A stretch of DNA of 64,000 nt, from contig OZ253470.1 of NCBI GenBank assembly GCA_965261735.1, positions 2,528,001 to 2,592,000 of the forward strand, read 5' to 3'. The translations under genes and the position numbers were made by a program. Positions within the stretch are counted from its first letter, which is position 1. Every line of letters starts with the position of its first letter. The notes under the pieces were generated by a model. The model worked only from the letters and a program-made list of their open reading frames with translations. It did not search any database and was not told where the DNA came from. Shown here piece by piece: positions 1 through 10,326 of this stretch. This stretch comes from Alphaproteobacteria bacterium. GTDB taxonomy: Bacteria; Pseudomonadota; Alphaproteobacteria; SHVV01.

Positions 1-1
1 C

Positions 2-538
2 ACCGAGGAAACCGACATCCTCGAGCTCATCCACGATACCTGGGGGGAGATCGGCATACGCCTGTTCACGCGGCCCTCGCAGCGCGAGGTGTTCCGCAAC
101 CGAATCTTCGCGGGACAAACCATGATGTCGGTGTGGACCGGCTTCGAAAACGGCGTCCCCTCGGCCGACATGAGCCCGGCCGAACTCGCCCCGACCACGC
201 AGCAGAACCTGCAGTGGCCGAAATGGGGCCAGTACTACGAAACCAGCGGCGGCGCCGGCGAGCCGCCAGACTTGGAGCCCGCGGCCGAGCTCCTGCGCCT
301 CAACAACGTCTGGCGCAACGCGACGACGCGCACCGAGCGCGAAGAGATCTGGTCGCGCATGCTCAAGATCCACATGGAGCAGATGTTCACCATCGGTGTC
401 ATCAGCGGCGTTCGCCAGCCGATCATCGTACACAACAGCCTGCGCAACGTTCCCGAGGAGGCCGTCTACGGCTGGGACCCGGGCGCGCAGTTCGGGGTCT
501 ACCGGCCAGACACCTTCTGGTTCGCCACCGACGATTAG
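2..538 (+). CDS. ABC transporter substrate-binding protein (peptide/nickel family 5), 5'-partial
   Basis: Open frame runs off the window start; C-terminus ...GAQFGVYRPDTFWF; followed by two DppB/DppC-type permeases. Confidence 0.85.
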   Translation, partial: TEETDILELIHDTWGEIGIRLFTRPSQREVFRNRIFAGQTMMSVWTGFENGVPSADMSPAELAPTTQQNLQWPKWGQYYETSGGAGEPPDLEPAAELLRLNNVWRNATTRTEREEIWSRMLKIHMEQMFTIGVISGVRQPIIVHNSLRNVPEEAVYGWDPGAQFGVYRPDTFWFATDD

Positions 539-566
539 GCCGTGGCGCGCGCGCCGGGACCTCCGC

Positions 567-1592
567 ATGCTTACTTACACCGTTCACCGCATCCTCATCA
601 TGATCCCCACGCTGTTCGCGGTCAGCGTGCTCACGTTCATCATCATCCAGCTGCCTCCCGGCGACTACCTATCCAACCAGATCGCCGAAATGCAGGCACA
701 GGGCGAGTCGGCGAACACCGAGAAGATCGAATTCCTGCGCCGCCAGTACGGGCTCGACCGGCCGCTCGTCATGCAATACGCGATTTGGGCCGGCGTGTGG
801 CCGGGCGAGAACGGCTTCTCGGGCCTGCTGCAGGGCGACCTCGGCTACTCCTTCGAGTTCGACCTGCCCGTCGTCGACGTCGTCGGCGACCGGGTGTGGC
901 TGTCGTTCCTGGTCTCGTTCTCGACCATCGTCTTCACCTGGGTCGTTTCGTTCCCGATCGGCGTCTACTCGGCGACACACCAATATAGCTGGGGAGACCA
1001 TTCGCTCACGTTCATCGGGTTCCTCGGCCTGGCGACGCCCAACTTCCTGCTCGCCCTGGTGCTGCTGTACTTCGCCAACGTGACCTTCGGGACCGCGATC
1101 GGCGGGCTCATGGACCCGCAGTATCTCGACCAACCCTGGACGTGGGCCAAGGCGCGCTCGGTCCTCGCGCACCTCTGGGTGCCGGTCGTGGTCATCGGCA
1201 CGTCGGGCACCGCCGGCATGATCCGGCGCCTGCGCGCCAATCTCCTGGACGAGCTGCAAAAGCAATACGTGACCACCGGCCGCGCCAAGGGCCTGCCGCC
1301 CTTTCGGCTGCTGCTGAAATACCCGCTGCGCATGGCGCTGAACCCCTTTATCGCCGACATCGGCAGCCTCCTGCCGCAGGTCATTTCCGGGGCGGCGATC
1401 GTATCGGTGGTGCTGTCCCTGCCGACGACCGGACCCATGCTCCTGCAGGCCCTGCAATCTCAGGATCAGTACCTCGCCGGCTCCTTCCTCATGGCGCTCG
1501 CGATGCTCACCGTCGTCGGCATGTTCCTCTCGGACCTGGCGCTGGCGGCGCTGGATCCGCGGATCCGGCTCGGCGGGGGAACGATGCGATGA
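567..1592 (+). CDS. ABC transporter permease (DppB/OppB-like)
   Basis: MLTYTVHRILIMIPTLF N-terminus, GDLGYSF, EAA-like YVTTGRAKGL, ends LDPRIR; ATGA overlap with next gene. Confidence 0.92.
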   Translation: MLTYTVHRILIMIPTLFAVSVLTFIIIQLPPGDYLSNQIAEMQAQGESANTEKIEFLRRQYGLDRPLVMQYAIWAGVWPGENGFSGLLQGDLGYSFEFDLPVVDVVGDRVWLSFLVSFSTIVFTWVVSFPIGVYSATHQYSWGDHSLTFIGFLGLATPNFLLALVLLYFANVTFGTAIGGLMDPQYLDQPWTWAKARSVLAHLWVPVVVIGTSGTAGMIRRLRANLLDELQKQYVTTGRAKGLPPFRLLLKYPLRMALNPFIADIGSLLPQVISGAAIVSVVLSLPTTGPMLLQALQSQDQYLAGSFLMALAMLTVVGMFLSDLALAALDPRIRLGGGTMR

Positions 1593-2767
1593 GCACCACC
1601 GCGTGGGAGCGCGAGAGCGGGCCGCTCGACCACTACGTCTCGGCCGAGCCCTTCGATCCCTACTCCGTCGAGGCCATGACGCCGGCGCAGGAGCGCTTCT
1701 ATATGGCGTCGCAGTGGAAGATGATGTGGTGGAAGCTCAGGCGCCACCGCATCGCCGTGATCGCCGGTGTGATTCTTCTCGTCGCGTATCTATCGATCTT
1801 CATCTCCGAGTTCATCGCCCCCTACGACCTGCACACGCGCGATGCGCGCCACATCTATGCGCCGCCCCAGGGGATACACCTGTTTCATGAGGGGGCGTTC
1901 GTTGGGCCGTTCGTGTACGGCTACAAGCGAAGCCTGAACATGACGACCCTGCAGCGCGAGTACACGCCCGACCCCGCCAAGGTGCAGCGCGTGCGCTTTT
2001 TCTGCCGCGGCGACGACTACCGCTTCTGGGGCCAGATCGAGGGTCGCTTCCACTTCTTCTGCCCGGCCGAGCGCGGCACGCTCCATCTTCTCGGCACCGA
2101 CCGCCTGGGCCGCGACATGTTCTCGCGCATCGTTTACGGGACGCGCATCTCGCTCTCGGTGGGATTGCTCGGCATCACCGTGAGTTTCCTGCTCGGCCTC
2201 TTTTTCGGCGGCCTGTCGGGCTATTACGGGGGTTGGGTCGACACCGCGGTGCAGCGGCTGATCGAGATCATGCGCTCGTTCCCCGAGCTGCCGCTGTGGA
2301 TGGCGCTGTCGGCGGCGCTGCCGGTGACCTGGAGCCCGATCTTCATCTATTTCGGGATCACCATCATTCTCGGGCTCCTGGACTGGACGGGCCTCGCCCG
2401 GGCGGTCCGATCCAAGCTTCTGGCGCTGCGCGAGGAGGACTTCTGCACGGCCGCGATCCTGCTCGGGGCGCCGCCGTCGCGCGTGATCGTGCGCCACCTG
2501 CTGCCCAGTTTCATGAGCCACCTGATCGCTTCGGCGACCCTGTCGGTGCCGTCGATGATTCTCGGCGAGACCGCGCTCTCGTTCCTCGGTCTCGGCTTGC
2601 GCCCGCCGATCACGAGCTGGGGCGTGCTGCTGAACGAGGCCCAGAACATCAACGTCGTCGCCCTCTACCCGTGGCTCATGCTGCCGGTGGTCCCGGTGAT
2701 CATCGTGGTCCTCGCGCTCAACTTCTTTGGCGACGGGCTGCGCGACGCCGCCGACCCCTACAAATAG
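1589..2767 (+). CDS. ABC transporter permease (DppC/OppC-like)
   Basis: LGTDRLGRDMFSRIVYG, EAA loop EDFCTAAILLGA, ends GDGLRDAADP. Confidence 0.92.
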   Translation: MSTTAWERESGPLDHYVSAEPFDPYSVEAMTPAQERFYMASQWKMMWWKLRRHRIAVIAGVILLVAYLSIFISEFIAPYDLHTRDARHIYAPPQGIHLFHEGAFVGPFVYGYKRSLNMTTLQREYTPDPAKVQRVRFFCRGDDYRFWGQIEGRFHFFCPAERGTLHLLGTDRLGRDMFSRIVYGTRISLSVGLLGITVSFLLGLFFGGLSGYYGGWVDTAVQRLIEIMRSFPELPLWMALSAALPVTWSPIFIYFGITIILGLLDWTGLARAVRSKLLALREEDFCTAAILLGAPPSRVIVRHLLPSFMSHLIASATLSVPSMILGETALSFLGLGLRPPITSWGVLLNEAQNINVVALYPWLMLPVVPVIIVVLALNFFGDGLRDAADPYK

Positions 2768-2773
2768 GCGCGC

Positions 2774-3625
2774 CTAGGGTTCGCGTTTGCGCAGCCACAG
2801 GCTCGATTCGTAGGCCCCTGGGGGGAGCGGCAGCTCGGCTATGACCGACGCCGAGACGCGATCGGCCATGGCCTGCGTAGCGTAGTGGCTGGCGAACAGG
2901 GGCTGCCAGCCACCGCCCTGAAGGAGCGCCGCCACCGCCTGCTGCTCGTTGTAGCCGCGCCACGCCCACTCCGGGGGATAGGGGTCGGGCAGGAAGATGT
3001 CGTGCAGGTGCACGAGCACGCCCGGCGCGAGGCCGGGCAGGACGTGGTTGAGCAGTACATCGACATCACTGCCCGGCATCAGCACGTGGCTCGAATCAAC
3101 GATCAGCATGTCGCCCGCGGCCAGCGCCGCGAAGGCCGCGCGGCCGGCGCCGCCCGCGCCCTGGACGGTGGAGCGAATGAGCGTGATGGGGAGACCCGCG
3201 AGCGCCGCCCGCGGGGCCGGGTCGATGGCGGTGATGTCGCGCGCGATACCGGCGTCGCGCGCGGCGCGCGCGACGAAGCGCGTCGAATGGCCCGACCCCA
3301 CCTCGACGATGCGCTCGGGCCGATGATGGCGAACCATGGCATAGAGCGCAGCCCCATCGAGGCGCGGAAACCAGTCCTGCGCCCAGCGTGGCGCGGGCGC
3401 CGCCTCGCCGCCGATGGCGCGCAACTCTGCGGCATAACGATCGATGAGCGACAGCATCTCGGCAAACGCCCCGGCGCGCGCGGCAAAGAGCGCGGCCGTC
3501 GACTCATAGCGCCGGCGAACGTCGCTCGGCGTGAGCGCCGCGGCATAACGGTAGGGGATGAAAAAGCCCCGGCGCGCGAGCCCGAGGACCGTTGCCAGGC
3601 CCATCACGAGGCGGCGCGGCGTCAC
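2774..3625 (-). CDS. Class I SAM-dependent methyltransferase (Methyltransf_24-like)
   Basis: IVEVGSGHST motif I, IDP, VDSSH, VHLHDIFLP, WRGYNEQ. Confidence 0.8.
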   Translation of the reverse strand: MTPRRLVMGLATVLGLARRGFFIPYRYAAALTPSDVRRRYESTAALFAARAGAFAEMLSLIDRYAAELRAIGGEAAPAPRWAQDWFPRLDGAALYAMVRHHRPERIVEVGSGHSTRFVARAARDAGIARDITAIDPAPRAALAGLPITLIRSTVQGAGGAGRAAFAALAAGDMLIVDSSHVLMPGSDVDVLLNHVLPGLAPGVLVHLHDIFLPDPYPPEWAWRGYNEQQAVAALLQGGGWQPLFASHYATQAMADRVSASVIAELPLPPGAYESSLWLRKREP

Positions 3626-3651
3626 CGCTGCCCCCGCTCAGGCCACCGCAA

Positions 3652-4485
3652 TCACGGCCTCAGCACCATACCCTCACGGGCCACCACCGAGCCCGGCCGG
3701 CGCTGTTCGACCAGGGCTGCGATCTCGTCCATGAACGCGTCGTCGTGGTCGGGGTCATGGTGAAACACGACGAACTGCTTGACCCCCGCGGCGTCGCACA
3801 ACCTAACCCCTTCCTCCCATGTCGAGTGGCCGAAGCCGCGGCGCCGGGGAAGCTCCTCCTCGGTGAACATCGAATCGTAGATGGCTATGTCGGCGCCCTC
3901 GATAAGGTTGAGGATGTTCTGGTTGGGTTCGCCGTCGACGTGCTCGGTGTCGGTCAGGTAACAGATCGACTTGCCGGCGAATTCGACGCGATAGCCCGTG
4001 GCCCCGTTGGGGTGCCTGAGGGGCGCGGTGCGCAGCGTCACGCCGGGCTTGGGGTTGAGCGTTTCGCCCATGCGAAAATCACGAAACGAGATCTCTGCGG
4101 CGAAGATCTCGAGCGGCACCGGGAACAAAGGCGCCATCATCATCTCCGACAACACGATGCGCAGATTGAGCTCGGGCATCAAATGGCCGGCCCACATGCG
4201 AAAGGTATTGTCGGGGTTGAACGCGGGCTTGAAGAAGGGCAGGCCGACGACGTGGTCGAAGTGGGTGTGAGTGAGAAACAGATCGGCATCGAGTGGCGCT
4301 TCGGCGAGTAGCGAATCACCGAGCTTGCGAAAGCCGGTCCCGGCGTCGAACATGAGCAGATGCTCGCCGCAGCGGATTTCGAGGCTCGAGGTGTTGCCGC
4401 CATAGCGGACCGTTTCGGGGCCCGCGCAGGCGACGCTGCCGCGCACGCCCCAAAAACGGACGAGAAAATCCTCCTTGGCGGCCAC
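3652..4485 (-). CDS. MBL-fold metallo-hydrolase
   Basis: RFWGVRGS, YGGNTS, DAGTG, THTHFDH metal motif, TDTEH, GHS, HHDP; GTG start with GGAGG RBS. Confidence 0.9.
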   Translation of the reverse strand: MAAKEDFLVRFWGVRGSVACAGPETVRYGGNTSSLEIRCGEHLLMFDAGTGFRKLGDSLLAEAPLDADLFLTHTHFDHVVGLPFFKPAFNPDNTFRMWAGHLMPELNLRIVLSEMMMAPLFPVPLEIFAAEISFRDFRMGETLNPKPGVTLRTAPLRHPNGATGYRVEFAGKSICYLTDTEHVDGEPNQNILNLIEGADIAIYDSMFTEEELPRRRGFGHSTWEEGVRLCDAAGVKQFVVFHHDPDHDDAFMDEIAALVEQRRPGSVVAREGMVLRP

Positions 4486-4675
4486 ATCACCTCCCGCGCG
4501 TGGACGATGCAGGGTTAATCGACACGGTAATGTAGTCATATAGGAGAATCGGCGCCGAATTCAGCCAATATTCTGTCGCGATGTGTGACCGATGAGGGGG
4601 TTGGGCCAGGTTAGAGGCCGTCATGCAGCGTTTGAAGGGACAAAAAGCGGTGTATCCTGCCGCGAATAGTGATCG

Positions 4676-5440
4676 ATGGCGCCGATGAAGGAGTTCGTAT
4701 CGCTTGAGGTGACCGGCGACAGGGCGACCATTACGCTCGACCGCCCCGACCGTCACAACGTCATCGAGCCCGCGGATCTGCCGGGCCTCGATCGCGTCCT
4801 CGACGAGGCGGCCGCCGCGCCCGCGGTGCGCGTGCTGGTCCTTACCGCCAGCGGCGCCACCTTCAGCGCCGGTTTCGACATCGCCGGCATCGCCGCCACC
4901 GACTGGCGCGCGAACCCGTTCGAGAAGATCGCCGATCGCATCGCGGGCTTGAGCGTGCCCACCCTGTGCGCGCTCAACGGCAGCGCCTATGGTGGTGCCG
5001 TCGACCTGGCGCTGGCCTGCGACTTTCGCGTCGGCGTCCACGGCATGCGCCTGGCGGTCCCCGCGGCGCGAATTGGGGTCGCCTACTATGTCGGCGGAGT
5101 GCGTCGCCTGGTCGAGCGCTTCGGCCCCGGCCTCGCGCGCCGCCTGCTTCTTGCCGGCGAGGAGTTGGGCGCTGAAACCCTGGCGGAGATCGGCTTCCTC
5201 GACCGGCTCGTCGTCGCCGACGAGCTCGCCGAGACCACGCGCTCGATGGCGGCGCGCTTGAGCGCCGGGGCGCCGCTCGCGCTGGCGACGATGAAGCGCC
5301 TCATCAACGGCATATCGCAAGGCGCGCTCGATGAGAACCAGGCGCGCGAGGCGGTGGTCAGGGTCTTCGGCTCGGCCGACGCCGCCGAGGGCCAAGCCGC
5401 CTTCGGCGCCAAACGCGAGCCCAGGTTTCAGGGACGCTGA
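4676..5440 (+). CDS. Enoyl-CoA hydratase/isomerase family protein
   Basis: TLDRPDRHN, FSAGFDI, LNGSAYGGAVDLALACDFR, ends EGQAAFGAKREPRFQGR. Confidence 0.9.
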   Translation: MAPMKEFVSLEVTGDRATITLDRPDRHNVIEPADLPGLDRVLDEAAAAPAVRVLVLTASGATFSAGFDIAGIAATDWRANPFEKIADRIAGLSVPTLCALNGSAYGGAVDLALACDFRVGVHGMRLAVPAARIGVAYYVGGVRRLVERFGPGLARRLLLAGEELGAETLAEIGFLDRLVVADELAETTRSMAARLSAGAPLALATMKRLINGISQGALDENQAREAVVRVFGSADAAEGQAAFGAKREPRFQGR

Positions 5441-5465
5441 GAGGCGTGCGGGCCTCGGGCCCGGC

Positions 5466-6155
5466 CTACGGAACCAGCCGATAGCCGCCGGGCTCGGTCA
5501 CCAGGAGCACGGCGTTGGCGGGATCGCGTTCGATCTTCTGACGCAGCCGGTAGATGTGGGTCTCCAGCGTGTGCGTGGTGACGCCGGCATTGTAGCCCCA
5601 CACTTCGCTTAACAGCACGTCGCGGTGCACCACCTTGTTGCCGACCCGATAGAGGTATTTGAGGATCGAGGTCTCCTTCTCGGTGAGCCGGACCTTCTGC
5701 TCCTTCTCGTTGTCGACCAGAAGCTTGGCGCTCGGCCGGAAGGTGTAGTGACCGATGTTGAAGACGGCATCCTCGCTCTGGTCGTGCTGGCGCAGCTGGG
5801 AGCGGATGCGGGCCAGCAGCACGCCGAGGCGGAATGGCTTGACGATGTAGTCGTTGGCCCCGGAATCGAGGCCGAGAATGGCGTCCGAGTCCGTATCCGC
5901 GCCGGTCAGCATGAGGATCGGCGCACTGACGCCGGCCCGGCGCATCATGCGGCACACCTCGCGCCCATCGAGATCGGGGAGGCCGATGTCGAGCAGCACG
6001 AGGTCGAAGTGCTCGGCCTTGACGCGCTCAAGCGCCTGCGCGCCTTTTTCGACCTGAACCGTGGAGAACTCCTCGTGCATCTCGAGCTGCTCGGCGAGCG
6101 AGGCCCGAAGCGACAGGTCGTCGTCGACGAGAAGTACCTTTTTGGTCGCGCTCAT
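5466..6155 (-). CDS. OmpR-family response regulator
   Basis: LLVDDD, LLDIGLPD, KPF receiver motifs; winged helix TLETHIYRLRQKIE. Confidence 0.93.
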   Translation of the reverse strand: MSATKKVLLVDDDLSLRASLAEQLEMHEEFSTVQVEKGAQALERVKAEHFDLVLLDIGLPDLDGREVCRMMRRAGVSAPILMLTGADTDSDAILGLDSGANDYIVKPFRLGVLLARIRSQLRQHDQSEDAVFNIGHYTFRPSAKLLVDNEKEQKVRLTEKETSILKYLYRVGNKVVHRDVLLSEVWGYNAGVTTHTLETHIYRLRQKIERDPANAVLLVTEPGGYRLVP

Positions 6156-6299
6156 GCTGGTTTCCGTGCCGCCTAATACATCCAAATGGCATCGAGGACA
6201 ACGCCAAACAAGGCGAGCGCCAAATATTGGGCGCGCGAGGACCGCTCGCCGCCGGGTTGAGCTGTGTGATCGATGTACCCAACCGTAACGGTCGCGGAA

Positions 6300-7167
6300 C
6301 TACTCCAGCGACATCTGACGCAGCATGGCGCGCGTCAATTCGTGGTCCGCGCGCCCGAGTCCATCGACGATGGTGTAGTGGTTGTCGCCCGCCGGTGTCA
6401 TCGTTTGCACGGGATGGCCGAGGCTCCGCAGGCGCGCGGCATAGGCTTCGGACTGGCGCCGGAACTCATCGGTCTCGTCGCCGCCGACGGCGACAATGAG
6501 CGGTGCAGCGTGCTTGGGCGACACATGTATCGGTCTGTTGTGGCGAGCTTGCGCCTCGTCGAGCCCGAGCTTGTCGTTCACGTAGCATAGGCGCATCGGC
6601 TCGAGATCGAAGAGGCTGCTAATCGCGCACGCGCCCGCGATCAGATCGGGCGGCAGGTCGGGCTCGATGGCGGGCCAGTCCGTCGCCAGCATCATGCCTA
6701 CCAGGTGGCCGCCCGCCGAGTGGCCGGACACGAACAGGCGATCCGCGTCGGCACCGAATTCGCCCGCGTGGCGCCACAGCCACGCCACTGCGGCCCGGTT
6801 CTGGCGGACGATCTCGTCGATGTCGGCGGCGGGCGCGAGCGTGTAGTCGATCACTGCCAGCGCCGCACCGGCATCGACGATGCCATCCGCGACGTAGCTG
6901 AAGTCGTCCTTGCTCATCGCCTGCCAGTAGCCGCCGTGGATGAATACCTGAAGCGGCGCCGGCGACTCGCCGTTGGCCGGGAAGACGTCGACCCGCTCGT
7001 CGGCGCCGGCCCCTGTAGGCAAGGTCGAGGTGAGCCGCGCGCTGGTGCCGCGCGTCGCGGCTCGATTCGCCCCATTTCTTGAAGAAATCGGCCCATTCCG
7101 GGATGAGCCCGCGCATGTAGTACTGGGCATCGAGACCGGCTCGATCGTAGTCCCGGTAGTGCGTCAC
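6300..7167 (-). pseudogene. Alpha/beta hydrolase (arylformamidase/kynurenine formamidase-like), split by a +1 frameshift at ~7014
   Basis: N-terminus LDAQY...HLDLAY in one frame; GAGADERVDVF...FIHGGYW...GHSAGG in another; removing one base rejoins them. Confidence 0.75.
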
Positions 7168-7276
7168 CCCGGCGCGCACCGGCCGGAAACGGCAGCATTT
7201 GCCGCGCCGCCTTCCGCGCGTATCGGCGGCGTTGTCTTAACCATTTGAGATGTCGCCACTTTTTCGCCCCGCGGAC

Positions 7277-7292
7277 TGGCGCGCGGTTTGCT
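7277..7292 (+). promoter_or_regulatory. Sigma-54 (-24/-12) promoter
   Basis: TGGCGC-N5-TTGCT (GG-N10-GC), 25 bp before the ATG at 7318. Confidence 0.6.
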
Positions 7293-7317
7293 ACACGCGA
7301 ATGAGGAGCACCGTACC

Positions 7318-8226
7318 ATGAGCATTGGCCCGGTCGATAGCGAGACCGGAAGCGACCACGCCGACTCGATCCGCCGCGACGGCCTCATGTTTGGCGCCAG
7401 CGAGCCGGGCCGGTCCCGTGCCGCCGGCACCGCCAGTACTGGCGATGCCGCCAGCGGGACTGACGCGCCCGCGGCCGCGGAGGCCGACGGGTTTTGGGGC
7501 GACGACGGCTTCACCTTCGCCGATGTCCTCGACATCATCAATCCGTTGCAGCACATCCCGGTCGTTTCGACCCTGTACCGCTCGCTTACCGGCGACACCA
7601 TAGCGCCCTCGGCTCGCCTGATGGGGGGAGCGCTGTTCGGCGGCCCCATCGGTTTCGCCAGCGCCATGATCAACTCGGTGATCGAGGGGGCCACGGGCGC
7701 CGACGCGGGTGAGCACCTCCTGGTGCTGTTGGGCCACGGCACGCCAGCGGCCGAAGGCACGCGCGTGGCTGCCGCTGCGACGCCCGCCGCCGCCAACACG
7801 CCCGTACGAACCGCGGCGCGAACGCCGCTCGTGCTCTCCGTCACGCCCCTCCCCGCATCGCCCCCGCAAGTCGCCGTGCCCACCCCGGCCGCCCCGGCCG
7901 CCCGCGCCGCGACCCCGGTACCGGCCGTACTGATCCTCGCACATGCACAAGCCGCGGCCGAGGGCGCAGTAGCCGGCTCAAAGGGCGGCGTTCCCACGAT
8001 TTCCGCGGCACAGGCCGGCGGCATCGCCGTGTGGCAGCCAATGTTGAAGGCGCCGTTGTCGCTGCCGGTGAGTGCGGTCAAGGATACGGCGTCGGAGGTC
8101 GAGGCTCACGCCGAGACGGGCCGCAAGCGTCGGGCGGAGGAGTTCACCGCCCAGGAACTCGCCCAGCGCCTTAGGCTCTACGCCTCACGCCGCGAATCCA
8201 TAGGTCCGAGCGCAAAGCTATACTGA
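7318..8226 (+). CDS. Conserved hypothetical protein with Ala/Pro-rich C-terminal region
   Basis: GAGGAG RBS; block DGFTFADVLDIINPLQHIPVVSTLYRSLTGD...GGALFGGPIG recalled from Rhodospirillales hypothetical proteins. Confidence 0.75.
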   Translation: MSIGPVDSETGSDHADSIRRDGLMFGASEPGRSRAAGTASTGDAASGTDAPAAAEADGFWGDDGFTFADVLDIINPLQHIPVVSTLYRSLTGDTIAPSARLMGGALFGGPIGFASAMINSVIEGATGADAGEHLLVLLGHGTPAAEGTRVAAAATPAAANTPVRTAARTPLVLSVTPLPASPPQVAVPTPAAPAARAATPVPAVLILAHAQAAAEGAVAGSKGGVPTISAAQAGGIAVWQPMLKAPLSLPVSAVKDTASEVEAHAETGRKRRAEEFTAQELAQRLRLYASRRESIGPSAKLY

Positions 8227-8249
8227 CTGGGTCTTGACCGGAGCGGGGC

Positions 8250-8750
8250 ATGGCGCTCATCACGGTGGCAGCCGATGGCCGGCTGGATTGGCGGGGCCGC
8301 GCGTACCGATGCGCCATTGGCGCCGCCGGCATCACGGACAACAAACGCGAAGGGGACGGCGCGACGCCAACGGGCTATCACCGTTTGCGCCGGGTCCTTT
8401 TTCGTCCGGACCGCAGGGCGCGCCCGGCCACTCGGCTCGAAGCGGCTGCGCTCGCGCCTGACGATGCGTGGTGCGACGACCCCCGTGACGCAGCCTACAA
8501 CCGGCCGGTCAAGTTGCCCCATTCGGGACATAGCGAAGCGCTGTGGCGCCCGGACAGCCTATACGACTTGGTCGCCGTCCTCGGCTACAACGACGACCCC
8601 GTGGCGCCCGGGCGGGGAAGCGCCATCTTCCTCCACGTCGCCGCGCCGGATTTCGCGGGCACGCGCGGCTGTATTGCCGTTGCGCGCGAGGATCTTCTAA
8701 CGATTCTCGCGCAGTCCAGCGCGGCCGATAGCCTGTTCGTGCGGGCCTAG
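8250..8750 (+). CDS. L,D-transpeptidase (YkuD) family protein
   Basis: KREGDGATP, GSAIFLH, TRGC catalytic H/C motif. Confidence 0.88.
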   Translation: MALITVAADGRLDWRGRAYRCAIGAAGITDNKREGDGATPTGYHRLRRVLFRPDRRARPATRLEAAALAPDDAWCDDPRDAAYNRPVKLPHSGHSEALWRPDSLYDLVAVLGYNDDPVAPGRGSAIFLHVAAPDFAGTRGCIAVAREDLLTILAQSSAADSLFVRA

Positions 8751-8781
8751 CCTAGTTACCTTTTTGCGCGGGTCCGCGCGT

Positions 8782-8876
8782 CACCCCCTCCCAACCCTCC
8801 CCCATCGAGGGAGAGGGCTAAGAGTTTGACATCGCACCATAATTTCCCCTCCCCTCGTGGGAGGGGGAAGGGGGAC
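8782..8876. repeat. Pair of inverted C/G-rich palindromic units (CCCCTCCC..ACCCTCCCC...GGGAGGG family)
   Basis: Units at 8782-8818 and 8844-8876 between convergent genes; related pair at 14867-15007. Confidence 0.65.
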
Positions 8877-8954
8877 GAATCGAACAGGGGAAGGGGCCAA
8901 TAATGAGCCGCCTTCCTGTGGGACCAGGTTACCAGACGGTCGTGACGTCGCGCG

Positions 8955-9656
8955 CTAGGCGCCGCGGGGGCCGAAGATGGCGGTGCCGACGCGCACGTGG
9001 ATCGCGCCGAACGCGATCGCCACCTCGAAATCGGCGCTCATGCCCATGCTGAGCTTGGTCAGGCCATTGCGGCGTGCGATCTCGCGAAGCAACGCAAAGT
9101 GGAGCGACGGCTCCTCCTCGAGCGGCGGGATACACATCAGTCCACCGACCGCAAGGCCGTAGTCGTCGCGGCAGGCGGCGATGAAGGCATCGGCGGCTTC
9201 CGGCCACACGCCCGCCTTTTGCTCCTCCTCGCCGGTGTTGACCTCGACGAAGCACTCGGGTCGACGGCCGCTGCGATCCATCTCGCGGGCCAGCGCGCCC
9301 GCTAGCTTGGGCCGGTCGAGGGTCTCGACGACATCGAACAGCGCCACCGCCTGGGCCACCTTGTTGGTCTGGAGCGGGCCGATGAGATGGAGGGCGATGT
9401 CGGGATGGGCCGCCTTGAGGGCGGGCCACTTGGCGTCGGCCTCCTGCACCCGGTTCTCGCCGAAACGGCGCTGCCCCGCGGCCAGTGCCGGCAGAATGCG
9501 CTCCGACGCGTGGGTCTTGGTGACGGCCACGAGCTCTACGCTGCCGGGGTCGCGGCCGCATCCCCGAGCGGCCGCCGTGATACGCTCACGCACAGCCGTC
9601 AATCCGGCGGCAACATCATGAGTGGGGGCGGAGGTTTGCAGGCCGGCCTCGGCCAT
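8955..9656 (-). CDS. yggS: YggS/PLPBP pyridoxal phosphate homeostasis protein
   Basis: LVAVTKT, FGENRVQE, HLIGPLQTNK, LSMGMSADF, RVGTAIFG. Confidence 0.95.
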   Translation of the reverse strand: MAEAGLQTSAPTHDVAAGLTAVRERITAAARGCGRDPGSVELVAVTKTHASERILPALAAGQRRFGENRVQEADAKWPALKAAHPDIALHLIGPLQTNKVAQAVALFDVVETLDRPKLAGALAREMDRSGRRPECFVEVNTGEEEQKAGVWPEAADAFIAACRDDYGLAVGGLMCIPPLEEEPSLHFALLREIARRNGLTKLSMGMSADFEVAIAFGAIHVRVGTAIFGPRGA

Positions 9657-9678
9657 GGCAGTGTCGGCGGCTCAGATC

Positions 9679-10326
9679 ATGAGGCTAGCAGCGATCGCCC
9701 GTCAACTCAACGCGCCCCGCGGCGCGGCGCGGCGGTTGCCGTCGCTGGTCCTCGTCACCGATGCCGAGCGCCTCGTCGACCCCGTCCCGGCGGCCGGGCG
9801 CCTGCCGCGCGGGAGCGCGGTCATCTTGCGTCACTACGGTGCCGCCGGGCGCGCCGCGCTCGCGCGCCGGCTGGCTCGGCTGTGCCGCGCGCGCGGTCTC
9901 GTGCTACTCGTCGCCGGTGACGCCAGGCTCGCCGCCGCTGTCGGCGCCGGCGGCATCCACCTGCGCGAGCGAGAGATCAGGCGCGCGAGTGATTGGCGCC
10001 GGCGGCGGCCGACCTGGTTGATCACCGTGGCCGCCCACTCGCGGGCTTCACTGGTTGCCGCGCACCGCGCCGGTGCCGACGCCGCCCTGCTCGCCCCCGT
10101 TTTCACGACGGCGAGCCATCCCGGGGCCCCCACCCTGGGTCCCGTCCGGTTCGCGGCCCTGGCGTGCGCCAGCCCCTTGCCGGTTATCGCCTTGGGTGGG
10201 ATCGATGCCCGGACCGCGCCGCGCCTCAAGGCGAGCGGCGCCGCGGGTCTTGCGGCGATAAGCGGCCTTGCGGGCGGCGCGGCGCTCAGTTCGTGCGCAA
10301 CGCGAAATGCGCGAGGACGTAGCTGA
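9679..10326 (+). CDS. Thiamine phosphate synthase/TenI-like protein
   Basis: [22 protein letters not shown]; divergent from yggS; 3' end overlaps the convergent cysC-like gene by 41 bp. Confidence 0.8.
   Translation: MRLAAIARQLNAPRGAARRLPSLVLVTDAERLVDPVPAAGRLPRGSAVILRHYGAAGRAALARRLARLCRARGLVLLVAGDARLAAAVGAGGIHLREREIRRASDWRRRRPTWLITVAAHSRASLVAAHRAGADAALLAPVFTTASHPGAPTLGPVRFAALACASPLPVIALGGIDARTAPRLKASGAAGLAAISGLAGGAALSSCATRNARGRS

Noticed and set aside
4514-4531. Possible CtrA full site upstream of the MBL hydrolase
   Set aside because: Half-site spacing is 8 rather than 7 bp and one half is imperfect
8826-8843. TTGACA...CATAAT promoter-like pair
   Set aside because: Spacer is only 6 bp and it lies between convergent genes
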